Origin: an uncultured Alphaproteobacteria bacterium
GTDB lineage: Bacteria; Pseudomonadota; Alphaproteobacteria; Rhizobiales; Xanthobacteraceae
NCBI GenBank assembly: GCA_963778745.1
Contig: CAVZVP010000007.1
Coordinates: forward strand, 75,150 to 139,149
DNA length: 64,000 nucleotides
Direction of reading: 5' to 3'
Shown: in pieces, positions 1-10,795 of the stretch
Layout: the number at the start of each line of letters is the position of its first letter
Numbering within the stretch: position 1 is the first letter of the stretch
Position numbers and translations under genes: made by a program
Notes under the pieces: model-generated
Seen by the model: only the letters and a program-made list of their open reading frames with translations
What the model was told of the DNA's origin: nothing
Databases searched by the model: none

Positions 1-260
1 GCCTCACCTGGCTCGCGCTCGAGCCATTGACCGGGCGGACGCATCAGTTGCGGGTGCATTGCGCCGAGATGGGCTGGCCCGTCCTCGGCGACAATATTTA
101 CGGCCGCGCGCCGCGCGTCGGCGGGCCACCGCTGCATTTGCATTCGCGCGAGATCGTGGTGCCGATTTCCAAGAACAAGCCGCCGGTCAAAACGATAGCG
201 CCGGTGCCCGCGCACATGCGCGAGGCGATGACGGCGTGCGGGTGGACTGAATCTCAGTAA
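1..260 (+). CDS. RluA-family pseudouridine synthase, C-terminal fragment (5' end upstream of window)
   Basis: ORF 27..260 stays open to the window edge; GRTHQLRVH ... LHLHS motifs match the conserved C-terminal core of RluA/C/D-type synthases. Confidence 0.7.
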   Translation, partial: LTWLALEPLTGRTHQLRVHCAEMGWPVLGDNIYGRAPRVGGPPLHLHSREIVVPISKNKPPVKTIAPVPAHMREAMTACGWTESQ

Positions 261-877
261 AGCTCCGCCTTAATCCGCTCCGGCATCGCGCGATCGTAGG
301 CTTCGCCGCCGAGTCTGCCCTGGCTGAGTTCCGCCACGATGGTGCCGGTCGACGGCAGGCTCTTGCGGTCGATCTTGGTCTCCGCGTCCCACAGCTTCGA
401 GCGCACGATCGCCTTCGAGCAATGGAAATAGACGCTTTCGATGTGGACGATGAGCACGCAGCGCGGCAGCTTGCCGTTGACCGCGAAGCTTTGCATCAGT
501 TCCGGATCGATCGAGATCGATGCGCGGCCGTTCACGCGCAGGGTTTCGCCCACGCCGGGAATTAGAAATAGCAGCGCGATGCGCGGGTCGCGCACGATGT
601 TGCGGAAGCCGTCGATGCGGTTGTTGCCCGGGCGGTCGGGAATCGCGATGGTCTTATAGTCGAGGATGCGCACAAAGCCGCGTGCGTCGCCCTTGGGCGA
701 ACAGTCGAGTCCCTCCGGCCCGCTGGTCGCCACCGCCACGAACGGCGCCGCTTCGATCAATTTGCGGTAGCTGCCGTTGATGTGGTCGATTTCCTTGATG
801 ACGGAGTTCGGATTCTTTTCGCCGTAGAGCGCTTGCAGCTGCTCCATGGTCGTTATCAGATGATCGCTCGTGCCCAT
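254..877 (-). CDS. PPOX-class (pyridoxamine 5'-phosphate oxidase-like) FMN-binding protein
   Basis: 207-aa ORF with good coding composition; split-barrel-like core (PFVAVATSG ... [19 protein letters not shown]). Confidence 0.65.
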   Translation of the reverse strand: MGTSDHLITTMEQLQALYGEKNPNSVIKEIDHINGSYRKLIEAAPFVAVATSGPEGLDCSPKGDARGFVRILDYKTIAIPDRPGNNRIDGFRNIVRDPRIALLFLIPGVGETLRVNGRASISIDPELMQSFAVNGKLPRCVLIVHIESVYFHCSKAIVRSKLWDAETKIDRKSLPSTGTIVAELSQGRLGGEAYDRAMPERIKAELY

Positions 878-889
878 GTTCCGTTCCCC

Positions 890-2116
890 TTACTCTGCCA
901 GCAGTTGGTGGCCGTCGTGCCCCATCATCGTGAGATCGAGAATAGCACCCGGCACGACCGGTGCCGCAAGCTTGACCGAAGTGAATTGCTCGGTGTGGCC
1001 GACGCCGCCGCGTTCGGTCAATACCAGGTGCCGCTGGCCTATTTGCGCGTCGAGATGCGCGCGTAACGCCGTCTCGCCCTTTTCGCGTAAACGTCGGGCG
1101 CGTTGCTTGACGATATCACGATTAAGCTGCGGCATGCGCGCGGCCGGCGTGCCGGGCCTTGCTGAGAATGGAAAGACGTGCAGTTGCGTCAGCTTGCATG
1201 CATCCACCAAATCGAGCGAGCGCGCGAACATGGCCTCGGTCTCGGTCGGGAATCCGGCGATGATGTCGGCGCCGAACACGACATCGGGCCGCAGCCCGCG
1301 AATCTGATCGCAGAAACTGATCGCTTGCTCGCGCGTATGACGGCGCTTCATGCGCTTGAGGATGAGATCGTCGCCAGATTGCAGCGACAGATGCAGATGC
1401 GGCATTAGCCGCGGCTCATTCCCCAAGGCGTCGAGCAGATCGGCGTCGGCCTCCACCGAATCAATCGAGGACAGCCGCAAACGGGCCAGATCGGGAATCT
1501 CCTTGAGAATACGTTTGACCAGCGTGCCCAGCCGCGGCGCGCCAGCAAGGTCCGCGCCGTAGCTGGTGATATCGACGCCGGTGAGCACCAGCTCACGATG
1601 GCCGTGCGCGACCAGGCGGCGCGACTGCGCCACGCAGTCGTCGATCGGCAGCGAGCGCGAATTGCCGCGCCCGAACGGAATGATGCAGAACGTGCAGCGA
1701 TGGTCGCAGCCGTTCTGCACCTGCAGGAAAGCGCGGGTATGGCCCTCGATGCAGTCGACCGCGTGCGCGACGTGCCGTTTCACCACCATTATGTCAGAGA
1801 CGGTGACGTGCTGACTTTTATCGGCCCACGATCGCGGGTCGAGCTTTTCCTCGTTGCCCATGACGCGATCGACCTCGGGCATCGCCGCGAACGTACCCGG
1901 CTCGGTCTGCGCCGCGCAGCCGGTGACGATAATGCGCGCCTGCGGCCTTTCGCGCTTGATACGTCGAATATTCTGGCGCGCCTGCCGCACCGCCTCGGCG
2001 GTAACCGCGCAGGTGTTCATCACCACCGCATCGCCAAACCCGCCCGCTGCGCGCCGGATCACTTCCGATTCGGCGATGTTGAGCCGGCAGCCGAAGGTGA
2101 CGACATCGATGCTCAT
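890..2116 (-). CDS. mtaB: tRNA methylthiotransferase MtaB (radical SAM)
   Basis: N-terminal MTTase motifs ([15 protein letters not shown]), radical-SAM [10 protein letters not shown]-terminal TRAM-like part; 4-nt overlap with dapF. Confidence 0.85.
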   Translation of the reverse strand: MSIDVVTFGCRLNIAESEVIRRAAGGFGDAVVMNTCAVTAEAVRQARQNIRRIKRERPQARIIVTGCAAQTEPGTFAAMPEVDRVMGNEEKLDPRSWADKSQHVTVSDIMVVKRHVAHAVDCIEGHTRAFLQVQNGCDHRCTFCIIPFGRGNSRSLPIDDCVAQSRRLVAHGHRELVLTGVDITSYGADLAGAPRLGTLVKRILKEIPDLARLRLSSIDSVEADADLLDALGNEPRLMPHLHLSLQSGDDLILKRMKRRHTREQAISFCDQIRGLRPDVVFGADIIAGFPTETEAMFARSLDLVDACKLTQLHVFPFSARPGTPAARMPQLNRDIVKQRARRLREKGETALRAHLDAQIGQRHLVLTERGGVGHTEQFTSVKLAAPVVPGAILDLTMMGHDGHQLLAE

Positions 2117-3003
2117 GCCAGGCCCGCCTTGCCGAACAATGCAGCATCGAACTTGCCGGCGAATTCGAACTGTACTGGCCCGGTCATCAGCACGTGGTCG
2201 TCGCTCTCACGCCACTCGATGGTGAGGTCGCCGCCCGGTAGCTTTACGTTCACTTTTTTATTGGTGCGCTTGAGCCGCGCGGCGGCGACCGCGGCGGCGC
2301 AGGCCGCCGAGCCGCAGGCGCGCGTCAGGCCGGCGCCGCGCTCCCAGGTACGGATGACGATGGCGTCGCGCGAGACGATGTGCGCTAGCGTGATGTTGGC
2401 GCGCTCGGGAAAAATCGGATGGTTCTCCAGCATCGGCCCGAACTTTGCGAGGTCGTAGGCGCTCACGTCGTCGACCCAGAAGATGGCGTGCGGATTGCCC
2501 ATGTTCACCACCGCCGGCGAATGCATGATCGGCTTGTCGATCGGGCCGATCTGCAATTCGATGGCGCGGGTGTCGCGGAATTCTTCTGCCAGCGGAATCT
2601 CGTTCCACTTGAAGCGCGGTGGACCCATGTCCACGGTGAACAACCCGTCGGCGCCCTTCCAGCAATTGAGAATGCCGGTGGTGGTCTCGAAGGTGAGCGC
2701 GCTCTTGCCGCTCTCCTTCGACACCAGGTCGGCGACGCAGCGCATGCCGTTGCCGCAGGCGCCGGCTTCCGAACCGTCATTATTGTAGATCCGGATAAAG
2801 GCATCGGTGCCGGGAGTGCGGGGCGGATAAAGCGCCATGAGTTGGTCATAGGGAGCGCCTTCGGGTACTGCCGCCGCGCGCACCTCTTCGGGCGCGATCG
2901 CGCCGCCGCGCGTACGCAGATCGACCACGACGATCTCGTTGCCGATGCCGTTCATCTTTACGAAGGATTGGTTGGCGAGCGCGCCCAAATCATCGCCTAT
3001 CAA
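2113..3003 (-). CDS. dapF: diaminopimelate epimerase
   Basis: 296 aa; NGIGNE start motif and both catalytic Cys motifs ([18 protein letters not shown]). Confidence 0.9.
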   Translation of the reverse strand: MIGDDLGALANQSFVKMNGIGNEIVVVDLRTRGGAIAPEEVRAAAVPEGAPYDQLMALYPPRTPGTDAFIRIYNNDGSEAGACGNGMRCVADLVSKESGKSALTFETTTGILNCWKGADGLFTVDMGPPRFKWNEIPLAEEFRDTRAIELQIGPIDKPIMHSPAVVNMGNPHAIFWVDDVSAYDLAKFGPMLENHPIFPERANITLAHIVSRDAIVIRTWERGAGLTRACGSAACAAAVAAARLKRTNKKVNVKLPGGDLTIEWRESDDHVLMTGPVQFEFAGKFDAALFGKAGLA

Positions 3004-3135
3004 TTCGGCCAGGACGGGGCTTCTGCCCGCCTTTCGCCCGGTTTATATGGCGAATAAACGCCGATTGGCCAGAGGCGTATGATAGCATGCCGCAAATTGC
3101 CGGGAACGCCGCACCCAAAGAACGGAGACCCCCTG

Positions 3136-3726
3136 ATGTCGTGCATGCGCATAGCGGCGCCTGTCTTGCTCGCTTTGGCATTCGCTTTGACCGCGAGCCC
3201 GGCACCCGCACAACGCGCCGCGCCGAATGGATTGGATACGCCGGCGCCGCCGCTGCAACCGGGCGATGCCTTCGGCGAGGAAGTAACGCTGCCGGAACGG
3301 ACGATCGTTTACCTGAACGGCCAAAGCAAATGGGATGCCGCCTTCGAAACGCTGGTGGACGCCTTCAAATCGCTCGGCGAGTATCTCGACAAGCAGGGCA
3401 TCAAGCCGGCCGGCGCAGCCATGACCATCTACACCGAGACCGACGATGCCGGCTTCGCGTTCAAGGCCGCGGTGCCGATCGCGGCGGCTCCGGAAAATCC
3501 GCCGAAGGGCGACATCGCCATCGGCCAGACGCCATCCGGCAAGGCGTTCAAATTCGTTCACCGCGGCTCCTACGACGCCATGGACTCGACCTACGAGGCG
3601 ATCACCAACTATCTCGACGATAAGCATCTCGAGGCGAAGGACCTGTTCATCGAGGAATATGTCACCGATCCGGTAAAGACCGACGCGGATCACTTGGTGG
3701 TCAACGTTTTCGTTCCAGTGAAATAG
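3136..3726 (+). CDS. secreted GyrI-like (effector-binding fold) domain protein
   Basis: ATG 3136 preceded by GGAGA; signal peptide MSCMRIAAPVLLALAFALTASPAPAQ; GyrI-like C-terminal half (FKFVHRGSYDAMDSTYEAITNYL). Confidence 0.6.
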   Translation: MSCMRIAAPVLLALAFALTASPAPAQRAAPNGLDTPAPPLQPGDAFGEEVTLPERTIVYLNGQSKWDAAFETLVDAFKSLGEYLDKQGIKPAGAAMTIYTETDDAGFAFKAAVPIAAAPENPPKGDIAIGQTPSGKAFKFVHRGSYDAMDSTYEAITNYLDDKHLEAKDLFIEEYVTDPVKTDADHLVVNVFVPVK

Positions 3727-3790
3727 CGCATGATCCCGAAAAGTGGGAACCGGTTTTCGGACAAGATCATGCGCAAGAAAGGCTAAGACG

Positions 3791-4489
3791 ATGTCGATAT
3801 CGCGTGCTGTGTTCTGTGCTCTCGTGATCGCCGCTGCGGCGCCAGCGCCCTTCTCGGCGCAGGCCGCCGAGAAGATCGATAAACTGGTGACGGTCACCGG
3901 CGAGGGTAAAGTCGTGGCGGCGCCCGATAACGCGGTGATCCGCCTCGGCGTCTCCAGCCAAGCCAAGACCGCGCGGGCGGCCAGCGATGCCAACGCCAAG
4001 GAGATGACCGTCGTGCTGGCGGCGATTAAGGAAAGCGGCGTCGCCGATCGCGATATCCAGACCACGTCGCTGTCGCTGCAGCCGCAATACGATCCGAAGC
4101 AGACCGGCGCCGCGCGCCTGACCGGCTTCCAGGTGAGCAATCAGGTCACGGTCAAGATCCGCGACGTCGGCAGATTGTCCGCCGTGCTCGATCGCGCGAT
4201 CGCGGCCGGCGCCAACGAGATGTCGGGCATCGAATTCGTCGTGTCGGAGCAGGCCAAGCTGCTCGACCAGGCCCGTGCCTCAGCCATCGCCGACGCCCGC
4301 CGCAAGGCCGAGCTCTATGCCAATGCCGCCGGCATGAAAGTCGGCCGCGTCATGGCAATCGCGGAAGAGGGCTCGGCTCCGTCGCCGCACCTGTACCAGC
4401 CGATGCGCGCAGGCGCAGCGCCCGCGATCGCCCCCGGCGAGCAGACGCTGCGAGCCGTGGTCACGGTCAGCTATGAATTAACCTCGTGA
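3791..4489 (+). CDS. SIMPL/DUF541 periplasmic protein (BP26/Omp28-like)
   Basis: Signal peptide, then VTVTGEGKV...APDNAVIRLGV and C-terminal GEQTLRAVVTVSYEL, typical of SIMPL family. Confidence 0.75.
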   Translation: MSISRAVFCALVIAAAAPAPFSAQAAEKIDKLVTVTGEGKVVAAPDNAVIRLGVSSQAKTARAASDANAKEMTVVLAAIKESGVADRDIQTTSLSLQPQYDPKQTGAARLTGFQVSNQVTVKIRDVGRLSAVLDRAIAAGANEMSGIEFVVSEQAKLLDQARASAIADARRKAELYANAAGMKVGRVMAIAEEGSAPSPHLYQPMRAGAAPAIAPGEQTLRAVVTVSYELTS

Positions 4490-4509
4490 ATCCCGCACCT
4501 TGACTTGAA

Positions 4510-4541
4510 GGCGGGCCAACCTTAGGTTCCGCCCGCTTTTA
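4510..4541 (+). terminator. rho-independent terminator after SIMPL gene
   Basis: GCGGGC ... GCCCGC stem followed by TTTT, about 20 nt after the stop. Confidence 0.5.
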
Positions 4542-4643
4542 CTTGAGACTTGAAGTTCCAGTTCCGCCGCCCGGTCCCTGAGAGGCTGGAGGCCACCGCC
4601 CGACAGCGCAATGCGCCCTCGGGCGTAAAGGTGTTTGTAAACG

Positions 4644-6191
4644 ATGTTCGATTCACTGTCGGAAAAACTGGGCGGCATTCTCGACCGCCTCACCCGCCGC
4701 GGCGCGCTTAGCGAGGCCGACGTTGACGCGGCGCTGCGCGAAGTGCGCCGGGCACTGCTCGAGGCCGACGTCGCGCTCGACGTGGCGCGCGCTTTCACCG
4801 ACAACATCAAGAAGCAGGCGGTCGGCGTTGAGGTGATGAAATCCGTCACCCCCGGCCAGATGGTCGTCAAGATCGTGCACGACCAGCTGGTCGCCACGCT
4901 CGGCGCCGATAGTCAAGGCATCGATCTTGCCGCCGCGCCACCGGTCGTCATCATGATGGTCGGCCTGCAAGGCTCCGGTAAAACCACCACCACCGCGAAA
5001 GTCGCTCGCCGCCTCACCGACCGTCAAAAGAAAAAAGTTCTGATGGCCTCGCTCGACGTGCGCCGGCCGGCTGCGATGGAGCAGCTCGCGGTGCTCGGCC
5101 GCGAAGCGGGCATCGACACGCTGCCGGTGGTCGAAGGTCAGCAACCACCACAAATTGCCAAGCGCGCGCTCGAAGCCGCCCGCCTCGGCGGCTACGACGT
5201 GGTGCTGCTCGACACCGCCGGCCGCACCACGCTGGACGACGCCATGATGAGCGAAGCGGCCGAGGTCAAGCGCGCCGCCAATCCGCACGAGGTGCTGCTG
5301 GTGGCCGACGCCCTCACCGGCCAGGACGCGGTCAATCTGGCGCGCGCGTTCGATGAGCGCGTCGGCCTCACCGGCATCGTGCTCACCCGCGTCGATGGCG
5401 ACGGCCGCGGCGGGGCCGCGCTGTCGATGCGCGCGGTCACCGCCAAACCGATCAAGCTGATTGGCACCGGCGAGAAACTCGACGCGCTGGAAGAATTCGA
5501 CCCCGCGCGCATCGCCGGCCGCATCCTCGGCATGGGCGACATCGTCGCGCTGGTGGAAAAAGCCACCGCCAATATCGACGCCGAAAAAGCCATGCGCGCG
5601 GCCGAGAAAATGCGCAAGGGCAAGTTCGATCTCGGCGACCTGCGCGAACAACTTCAGCAGATGCAAGGCATGGGCGGCATGAGCGGCCTGCTCGGCATGT
5701 TGCCCGGCGTGGCCAAGATGAAGAACCAGATCGCCGCCGCCGGCCTCGACGACAAGCTCGTGAAGCGGCAGATGGCGATCATCGATTCGATGACGCCACA
5801 GGAGCGCCGCAACCCGGACATTCTCAAAGCCAGCCGCAAGAAGCGCATCGCGGCCGGCTCCGGCACCACGCCGGAGGCGATCAACAAGCTTTTGAAAATG
5901 CACCGCGGCATGGCCGACATGATGAAGATGATGGGCAGCGGCAAGCGCGGCCCGCTCGCCGGCCTGGCGCAAGCCATGGGTTTCGGCTCCGCTATGCCGA
6001 CCCCGGAGCAGATGGCGGAAATGGCGAAAAACATGCCGCCCGGCACACAACTGCCGCCCGGCATGCCGGGTCTGCCGCCGACCATGCCGAAATTGCCGCC
6101 GAATTTCCCCGGCACGCCCGGCCTGCCGGGCCTGGGTGGAAAGTTTCTTGGATTGCCGGGCGGTCTGCCCGGTCTCGGAAAAAAGAAGTGA
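4644..6191 (+). CDS. ffh: signal recognition particle protein Ffh
   Basis: 515 aa; N domain [10 protein letters not shown] domain [10 protein letters not shown] / DTAGR / TRVDGD, Met-rich M domain, Pro/Gly-rich tail. Confidence 0.95.
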   Translation: MFDSLSEKLGGILDRLTRRGALSEADVDAALREVRRALLEADVALDVARAFTDNIKKQAVGVEVMKSVTPGQMVVKIVHDQLVATLGADSQGIDLAAAPPVVIMMVGLQGSGKTTTTAKVARRLTDRQKKKVLMASLDVRRPAAMEQLAVLGREAGIDTLPVVEGQQPPQIAKRALEAARLGGYDVVLLDTAGRTTLDDAMMSEAAEVKRAANPHEVLLVADALTGQDAVNLARAFDERVGLTGIVLTRVDGDGRGGAALSMRAVTAKPIKLIGTGEKLDALEEFDPARIAGRILGMGDIVALVEKATANIDAEKAMRAAEKMRKGKFDLGDLREQLQQMQGMGGMSGLLGMLPGVAKMKNQIAAAGLDDKLVKRQMAIIDSMTPQERRNPDILKASRKKRIAAGSGTTPEAINKLLKMHRGMADMMKMMGSGKRGPLAGLAQAMGFGSAMPTPEQMAEMAKNMPPGTQLPPGMPGLPPTMPKLPPNFPGTPGLPGLGGKFLGLPGGLPGLGKKK

Positions 6192-6231
6192 TCAATGTTC
6201 AAAAAGTCGACGCCTAAGAAAGGAACCTGAA

Positions 6232-6699
6232 ATGTCTCTCGTCATCCGCATGGCCCGCGCCGGAACCAAGAAGCGGCCGGTCTATCACATCGTCGTCGCC
6301 GACTCGCGTAGCCCACGCGACGGCCGCTTCATCGAGCGGCTCGGCTATTTCAACCCGCTGCTGCCGAAGGATAAGACCGAGCGGCTCAAGCTCAATCTCG
6401 AGAAGGTGCAGGCCTGGATGAAGAAGGGCGCGCAGCCGTCCGACCGTGTGACGCGCTTCCTCGATGCCGCCGGCATCGTGAAGCGTGAAAAGCGCAACAA
6501 TCCGGAAAAGGCGGTCCCGCGCAAGGAACGCAAGGCCAAGGAAGAGGAAGCCACCAAGGCCAAGGAAGCCGGCGACGCGGCGGCCAAGACGGCGGCCACG
6601 GTCAAGGCCGCTACCGAAAAGACCGCTGCGGACAAGGCCGCTTCGGATAAAGCCGCAGCCGACAAGGCCAAGGCAGCCGAAGCGCCGGCGGCGAGCTGA
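6232..6699 (+). CDS. rpsP: 30S ribosomal protein S16 with Ala/Lys-rich C-terminal extension
   Basis: [42 protein letters not shown] is canonical S16; internal ATG at 6232 preceded by AGGAA. Confidence 0.9.
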   Translation: MSLVIRMARAGTKKRPVYHIVVADSRSPRDGRFIERLGYFNPLLPKDKTERLKLNLEKVQAWMKKGAQPSDRVTRFLDAAGIVKREKRNNPEKAVPRKERKAKEEEATKAKEAGDAAAKTAATVKAATEKTAADKAASDKAAADKAKAAEAPAAS

Positions 6700-6713
6700 C
6701 GCTCCGCCTCGCC

Positions 6714-7235
6714 GTGGCCGACCGCATCCGCGTCGCTCGCATCGGTGCCGCGCACGGCATTCGCGGCGAGGTGAAGCTGTGGTCGTTCACCGAGGACCCG
6801 CTGGCCGTCACGAATTACGGCCCGCTGGAAACCGAGGACGGCGCGCGGCGCTTCGAAATCGAAGCGGCGCGGCTGGCCAAGGATCATCTGGTCGCGCGGC
6901 TCAAAGGGGTCGGCGACCGCAACGCAGCGGAGCCATTGCGCAACACGGATTTATTCGTGCCGCGCGACCGCTTGCCCCCGATCGCGGAAGCCGACACGTT
7001 CTATCACGCCGACCTCGTCGGCCTCGCCGCGGTGAGCGAAGACGGCGCCGCGCTTGGCACCGTCAGCGCGATTCATAATTTCGGCGCGGGCGATCTGATC
7101 GAGATCGATCGCGCCGCCGGCGGCGAGCCGTTGCTGCTGCCGTTCAACGAGATGACGGTGCCAACCATTGATCTGAAGGCGGGTCGCATCGTCGTCGTGC
7201 CGCCAGCCGAGATCGAGGCAAAGGAAGAAGACTGA
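6714..7235 (+). CDS. rimM: 16S rRNA processing protein RimM
   Basis: GTG start; [16 protein letters not shown] and PRC-barrel C-terminus; conserved rpsP-rimM-trmD-rplS order. Confidence 0.85.
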   Translation: MADRIRVARIGAAHGIRGEVKLWSFTEDPLAVTNYGPLETEDGARRFEIEAARLAKDHLVARLKGVGDRNAAEPLRNTDLFVPRDRLPPIAEADTFYHADLVGLAAVSEDGAALGTVSAIHNFGAGDLIEIDRAAGGEPLLLPFNEMTVPTIDLKAGRIVVVPPAEIEAKEED

Positions 7236-7237
7236 CG

Positions 7238-7951
7238 ATGTGGCGCGCGAGCATCCTCACGATTTTTCCGGAGATGTTTCCCGGCCCGCTCGGCGTCAGC
7301 TTGGCCGGCAAGGCGCTCGGCTCGGGCATCTGGTCGCTCGACACCCACGACATCCGCAACGCCGCCACCGACAAACACCGCACCGTGGACGATACGCCGG
7401 CCGGCGGCGGCCCCGGCATGGTGATGAAGGCGGACGTGCTGGCGCGCGCGCTCGATACCGTTCCGCATGACCATCGCCCACGCCTGCTGATGAGCCCGCG
7501 GGGAACACCGCTGACGCAGCGAAAGGCGGCAATGCTGGCCGTCGGGCTAGGCGTCGTGATCGTCTGCGGCCGCTTCGAAGGCGTCGACGAACGCCTGATC
7601 AAGGCCCGCAAACTGGAAGAAGTCTCGCTCGGCGATTTCGTGCTCTCCGGCGGCGAGCCGGCGGCGATCGCGTTGCTCGATGCCTGCGTGCGGCTGTTGT
7701 CTGGGGTCATGGGCAAGGAGGCCTCGATCGACGAGGAGAGCTTCGCCGACGGCCTCTTGGAATACCCGCAATACACGCGGCCCCCGGTGTTCGAGGGCGA
7801 GCCGATCCCGGATGTGCTGTTGGCGGGCGACCACAGCAAGATCGCGCAATGGCGCCGCGCCGAGGCCGAACGGCTCACCCGGGAGCGCCGCCCGGACCTC
7901 TGGGCGGCCTATTTGGCCCGTAAAAAGCCCCAAAACGGGCCCAAAACCTGA
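7238..7951 (+). CDS. trmD: tRNA (guanine37-N1)-methyltransferase
   Basis: 237 aa; [40 protein letters not shown] motifs. Confidence 0.9.
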   Translation: MWRASILTIFPEMFPGPLGVSLAGKALGSGIWSLDTHDIRNAATDKHRTVDDTPAGGGPGMVMKADVLARALDTVPHDHRPRLLMSPRGTPLTQRKAAMLAVGLGVVIVCGRFEGVDERLIKARKLEEVSLGDFVLSGGEPAAIALLDACVRLLSGVMGKEASIDEESFADGLLEYPQYTRPPVFEGEPIPDVLLAGDHSKIAQWRRAEAERLTRERRPDLWAAYLARKKPQNGPKT

Positions 7952-8052
7952 GGGTGACAACCGCTGAGCTTTGTCGTAGAAGCTCGCCCAACCCATTCAG
8001 ACCAGACAAGACCGCGCGCCGGTTGCTGGCGCTGCCGACGGAGAGTTAAGCC

Positions 8053-8448
8053 ATGAACATCATCCAGCAGATCAATAATGAGCAGGTCGAGAAACTCTCG
8101 GCCGGCAAGACCATTCCCGACTTCGCGCCGGGCGACACCGTGCTGGTCAACGTCAAGGTGGTGGAAGGAGACAAAAGCCGCATCCAGGCCTACGAGGGCG
8201 TCTGCATCGGCCGCTCGGGCGGCGGCATCAACGAGAACTTCACCGTGCGTAAGATTTCCTACGGCGAAGGCGTTGAGCGCGTATTCCCGCTCTATGCGCC
8301 GATGATCGATTCGATCAAGGTCGTGCGCCGCGGCAAGGTGCGCCGTGCCAAGCTCTATTACCTGCGCGGTCTGCGCGGCAAGAAGGCGCGCATCGAAGCA
8401 CAAGCGACCGGCGGGCCGGAAGCGGCCGAGGCCGCCGCCAAGGAATAA
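8053..8448 (+). CDS. rplS: 50S ribosomal protein L19
   Basis: 131 aa; [10 protein letters not shown] ... [10 protein letters not shown] ... [21 protein letters not shown]. Confidence 0.95.
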   Translation: MNIIQQINNEQVEKLSAGKTIPDFAPGDTVLVNVKVVEGDKSRIQAYEGVCIGRSGGGINENFTVRKISYGEGVERVFPLYAPMIDSIKVVRRGKVRRAKLYYLRGLRGKKARIEAQATGGPEAAEAAAKE

Positions 8449-8472
8449 TCGCAGCCATGCGATGATGCAGGA

Positions 8473-8500
8473 AGGGGCCGCCGTTCGGCCCCTTTTTCTT
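8473..8500 (+). terminator. rho-independent terminator after rplS
   Basis: AGGGGCCG-ccgtt-CGGCCCCT stem-loop followed by TTTTTCTT. Confidence 0.6.
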
Positions 8501-8551
8501 GAGGCTTGGCGACGTTAGATAGCGCATAATGCCGTAACGGAGAGTGAGACG

Positions 8552-9958
8552 ATGGCGAAACCGCGCACCCTCTACGATAAGATCTGGGACGACCATCTGG
8601 TGGACGAGGCACCGGACGGAACCTGTCTGATCTATGTCGACCGCCATTTGGTGCACGAGGTGACCTCACCGCAGGCCTTCGAGGGTCTGCGCACGGCGGG
8701 CCGCAAGGTGCATGCGCCCGACAAGACGCTCGCCGTGGTCGACCACAACGTGCCGACCTCCGACCGCAACAAGCCCAATCCCGATCCGGAAAGTGCCGAA
8801 CAGATCGCGGTCATGGCGCAGAACGCCAAGGACTTCGGCATCGAATATTTCAACGAGTTCGACAAGCGCCAGGGCATCGTCCACATCATCGGCCCCGAGC
8901 AGGGCTTCACGCTGCCCGGCACCACCATCGTGTGCGGCGATAGCCACACGGCGACGCACGGTGCCTTCGGCGCGCTCGCCTATGGCATCGGCACCTCGGA
9001 AGTCGAGCACGTGCTGGCGACGCAGACGCTGATCCAGAAGAAATCGCTGAACATGCGCGCGGTGGTCGACGGCCAATTGCCGCAGGGCGTCACCGCCAAG
9101 GACATCATCCTCGCCATCATCGGCGAGATCGGCACCGCCGGCGGCACCGGTTACGCGCTGGAATATGCCGGCGAGGCGGTACGCGCCTGCTCTATGGAAG
9201 GGCGCATGACCATCTGCAACATGTCGGTGGAAGGCGGCGCCAAGGCGGGCTTCGTCGCGCCCGACGAGAAAGCCTACGCCTATCTCAAGGACAAGCCGAA
9301 AGCACCCAAAGGCAAGGCCTGGGACGAGGCCATGCGCTATTGGGAAACTCTCTCCTCCGACGATGGCGCGCATTTCGATCGCGAGATCAAGCTCGATGCC
9401 GCCAAGCTGCCGCCGCTGGTCACCTGGGGCACCAGCCCCGAGCAGGTGGTGACGATCGCCGGCCGCGTTCCGGTGGCTGCCGATATCGCGGACGAAAAAA
9501 AGCGCGTCGCCGCCGAACGCTCGCTCGGTTATATGGGACTCAGCGGCGGCGAGAAGATCACCGACATCAAGCTCGACCGCGTGTTCATCGGCTCATGCAC
9601 CAATGGCCGCATCGAGGATCTACGCGACGTCGCGCGCGTCGCTGCCGGCAAGACGGTGAACGCCAATGTCTATGCGATGATCGTGCCCGGCTCCGGACTG
9701 GTGAAGGAGATGGCGGAAGCCGAAGGGCTCGACAAGATTTTCAAGGCCGCCGGTTTCGACTGGCGCGAGCCGGGCTGCTCGATGTGCCTCGCGATGAACC
9801 CGGACAAGCTCAAGCCGGGCGAACGCTGCGCCTCCACCTCGAACCGCAACTTCGAAGGCCGCCAGGGCTACAAGGGCCGCACGCACTTGGTGTCGCCCGC
9901 TATGGCGGCAGCCGCCGCAATCGCCGGGCATTTCGTCGACGTGCGGGAGTGGAAGTAG
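8552..9958 (+). CDS. leuC: 3-isopropylmalate dehydratase large subunit
   Basis: 468 aa; aconitase-family motifs [52 protein letters not shown]. Confidence 0.95.
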   Translation: MAKPRTLYDKIWDDHLVDEAPDGTCLIYVDRHLVHEVTSPQAFEGLRTAGRKVHAPDKTLAVVDHNVPTSDRNKPNPDPESAEQIAVMAQNAKDFGIEYFNEFDKRQGIVHIIGPEQGFTLPGTTIVCGDSHTATHGAFGALAYGIGTSEVEHVLATQTLIQKKSLNMRAVVDGQLPQGVTAKDIILAIIGEIGTAGGTGYALEYAGEAVRACSMEGRMTICNMSVEGGAKAGFVAPDEKAYAYLKDKPKAPKGKAWDEAMRYWETLSSDDGAHFDREIKLDAAKLPPLVTWGTSPEQVVTIAGRVPVAADIADEKKRVAAERSLGYMGLSGGEKITDIKLDRVFIGSCTNGRIEDLRDVARVAAGKTVNANVYAMIVPGSGLVKEMAEAEGLDKIFKAAGFDWREPGCSMCLAMNPDKLKPGERCASTSNRNFEGRQGYKGRTHLVSPAMAAAAAIAGHFVDVREWK

Positions 9959-9981
9959 CGCGACGACGACGTTCAAAATTC

Positions 9982-10012
9982 AAAAGGCCCGCCAAATACG
10001 GCGGGCCTTTTT
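9982..10012. terminator. bidirectional terminator hairpin between leuC (+) and small secreted-protein gene (-)
   Basis: AAAAGGCCCGCC-aaatac-GGCGGGCCTTTT with A-run and T-run flanks. Confidence 0.6.
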
Positions 10013-10024
10013 ATTTCAGCGCTG

Positions 10025-10384
10025 TCACCAGCAACGCCAGGCGCGGCGCAGAACCCAGTGATGATTGTGCCAGCGGCGCACGGGCGCCCAGCCGCAGCTC
10101 GGGGCGGCGTAATAGTCGTCGTAATATCCATACGGATAGCCGCCCCAGCCCCAAGCCGGGCCAAAGCCAAAGACGACACCGGGTCGCCAGCCACGGCCCC
10201 ATCCACCACCGCGCCACCCACCGCCACCCCAATGGCCACCGCCACCACTCCAATGGCCGCCGCCGCCATGGAAGTGGCCGCCGCCATGGCCGCCATGACG
10301 TTGCGCTGCGGCGGGACCGGGCGTCATGGCGAACGCGCCGGCGATCAGGGCCGCGATTGCAAAAACTTTCACGAGTTTCGACAT
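10025..10384 (-). CDS. small secreted Gly/His/Trp-rich protein with C-x20-CW C-terminus
   Basis: Signal peptide MSKLVKVFAIAALIAGAFAMTPGPAAAQ; GGHW/GGGW-rich mature part; ends SC-x20-CW. Confidence 0.6.
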   Translation of the reverse strand: MSKLVKVFAIAALIAGAFAMTPGPAAAQRHGGHGGGHFHGGGGHWSGGGGHWGGGGWRGGGWGRGWRPGVVFGFGPAWGWGGYPYGYYDDYYAAPSCGWAPVRRWHNHHWVLRRAWRCW

Positions 10385-10445
10385 GGATAACCTCCACTGC
10401 CCCCAGACTAAGAAACGTTTGTCACGGAAGTTCCCTGCGCGCTGA

Positions 10446-10694
10446 TTATTGCCACCAGCATTGTTGCTGCGGGACGATCACCGGCCCGCTGACGCGGTAT
10501 TCCTTTGCCAGCCAGGCGCGGCAATAGCGTTTGGCGTTCGGGCCGGGACGGATCTGCCGCGGGTGGATGGTGATGCGCGGCCGCGATTGTGCGGCTAATT
10601 CATTTGTCGAGACCTCGGCCAAAGCCGGCCACATCCCAGCGCTCAAGCCGAACATTACCGCCAGAAGCGCAAAGAACGTCCATTTCCTCGGCAT
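10446..10694 (-). CDS. small secreted protein with C-x20-CWW C-terminus
   Basis: Signal peptide MPRKWTFFALLAVMFGLSAGMWPALAE; only two Cys, spaced exactly as in the neighbouring gene. Confidence 0.5.
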   Translation of the reverse strand: MPRKWTFFALLAVMFGLSAGMWPALAEVSTNELAAQSRPRITIHPRQIRPGPNAKRYCRAWLAKEYRVSGPVIVPQQQCWWQ

Positions 10695-10795
10695 CGTCTA
10701 AGCCCTACCCGCCACGCACAACGCCAAACGGTCGCTCTTTCGTGACCCGCCGTCAACCGCTTGGTTGTCGCGGCGTCCTGCCCTAGAACGTTGGT

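Noticed and set aside
4490-4643. Possible SRP (4.5S) RNA or other ncRNA in the 150-nt gap upstream of ffh
   Set aside because: I found no match to the conserved SRP RNA domain IV tetraloop and symmetric-loop sequence. The only clear structure is a terminator hairpin for the upstream gene.
4653-6050. 465-aa ORF antisense to ffh, with similar long shadow ORFs at 1598..2458, 21311..22309, 26420..27349, 32811..33926, 45113..46648 and 49815..51167
   Set aside because: They are Arg/Gly/His/Ala-rich with no motifs. Each lies exactly opposite a gene with strong family signatures, which is the typical stop-poor antisense frame of high-GC DNA.
8449-8551. Leucine leader peptide or attenuator upstream of leuC
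   Set aside because: There is no short ORF with consecutive Leu codons. The single strong hairpin with a T-run sits right after rplS and reads as its terminator.
9340-10527. 395-aa plus-strand ORF overlapping the leuC 3' end and the small secreted-protein gene
   Set aside because: It has extreme Arg/Ser/Gly/His composition and is out of frame with leuC. Part of it is antisense to a gene with a clear signal peptide.
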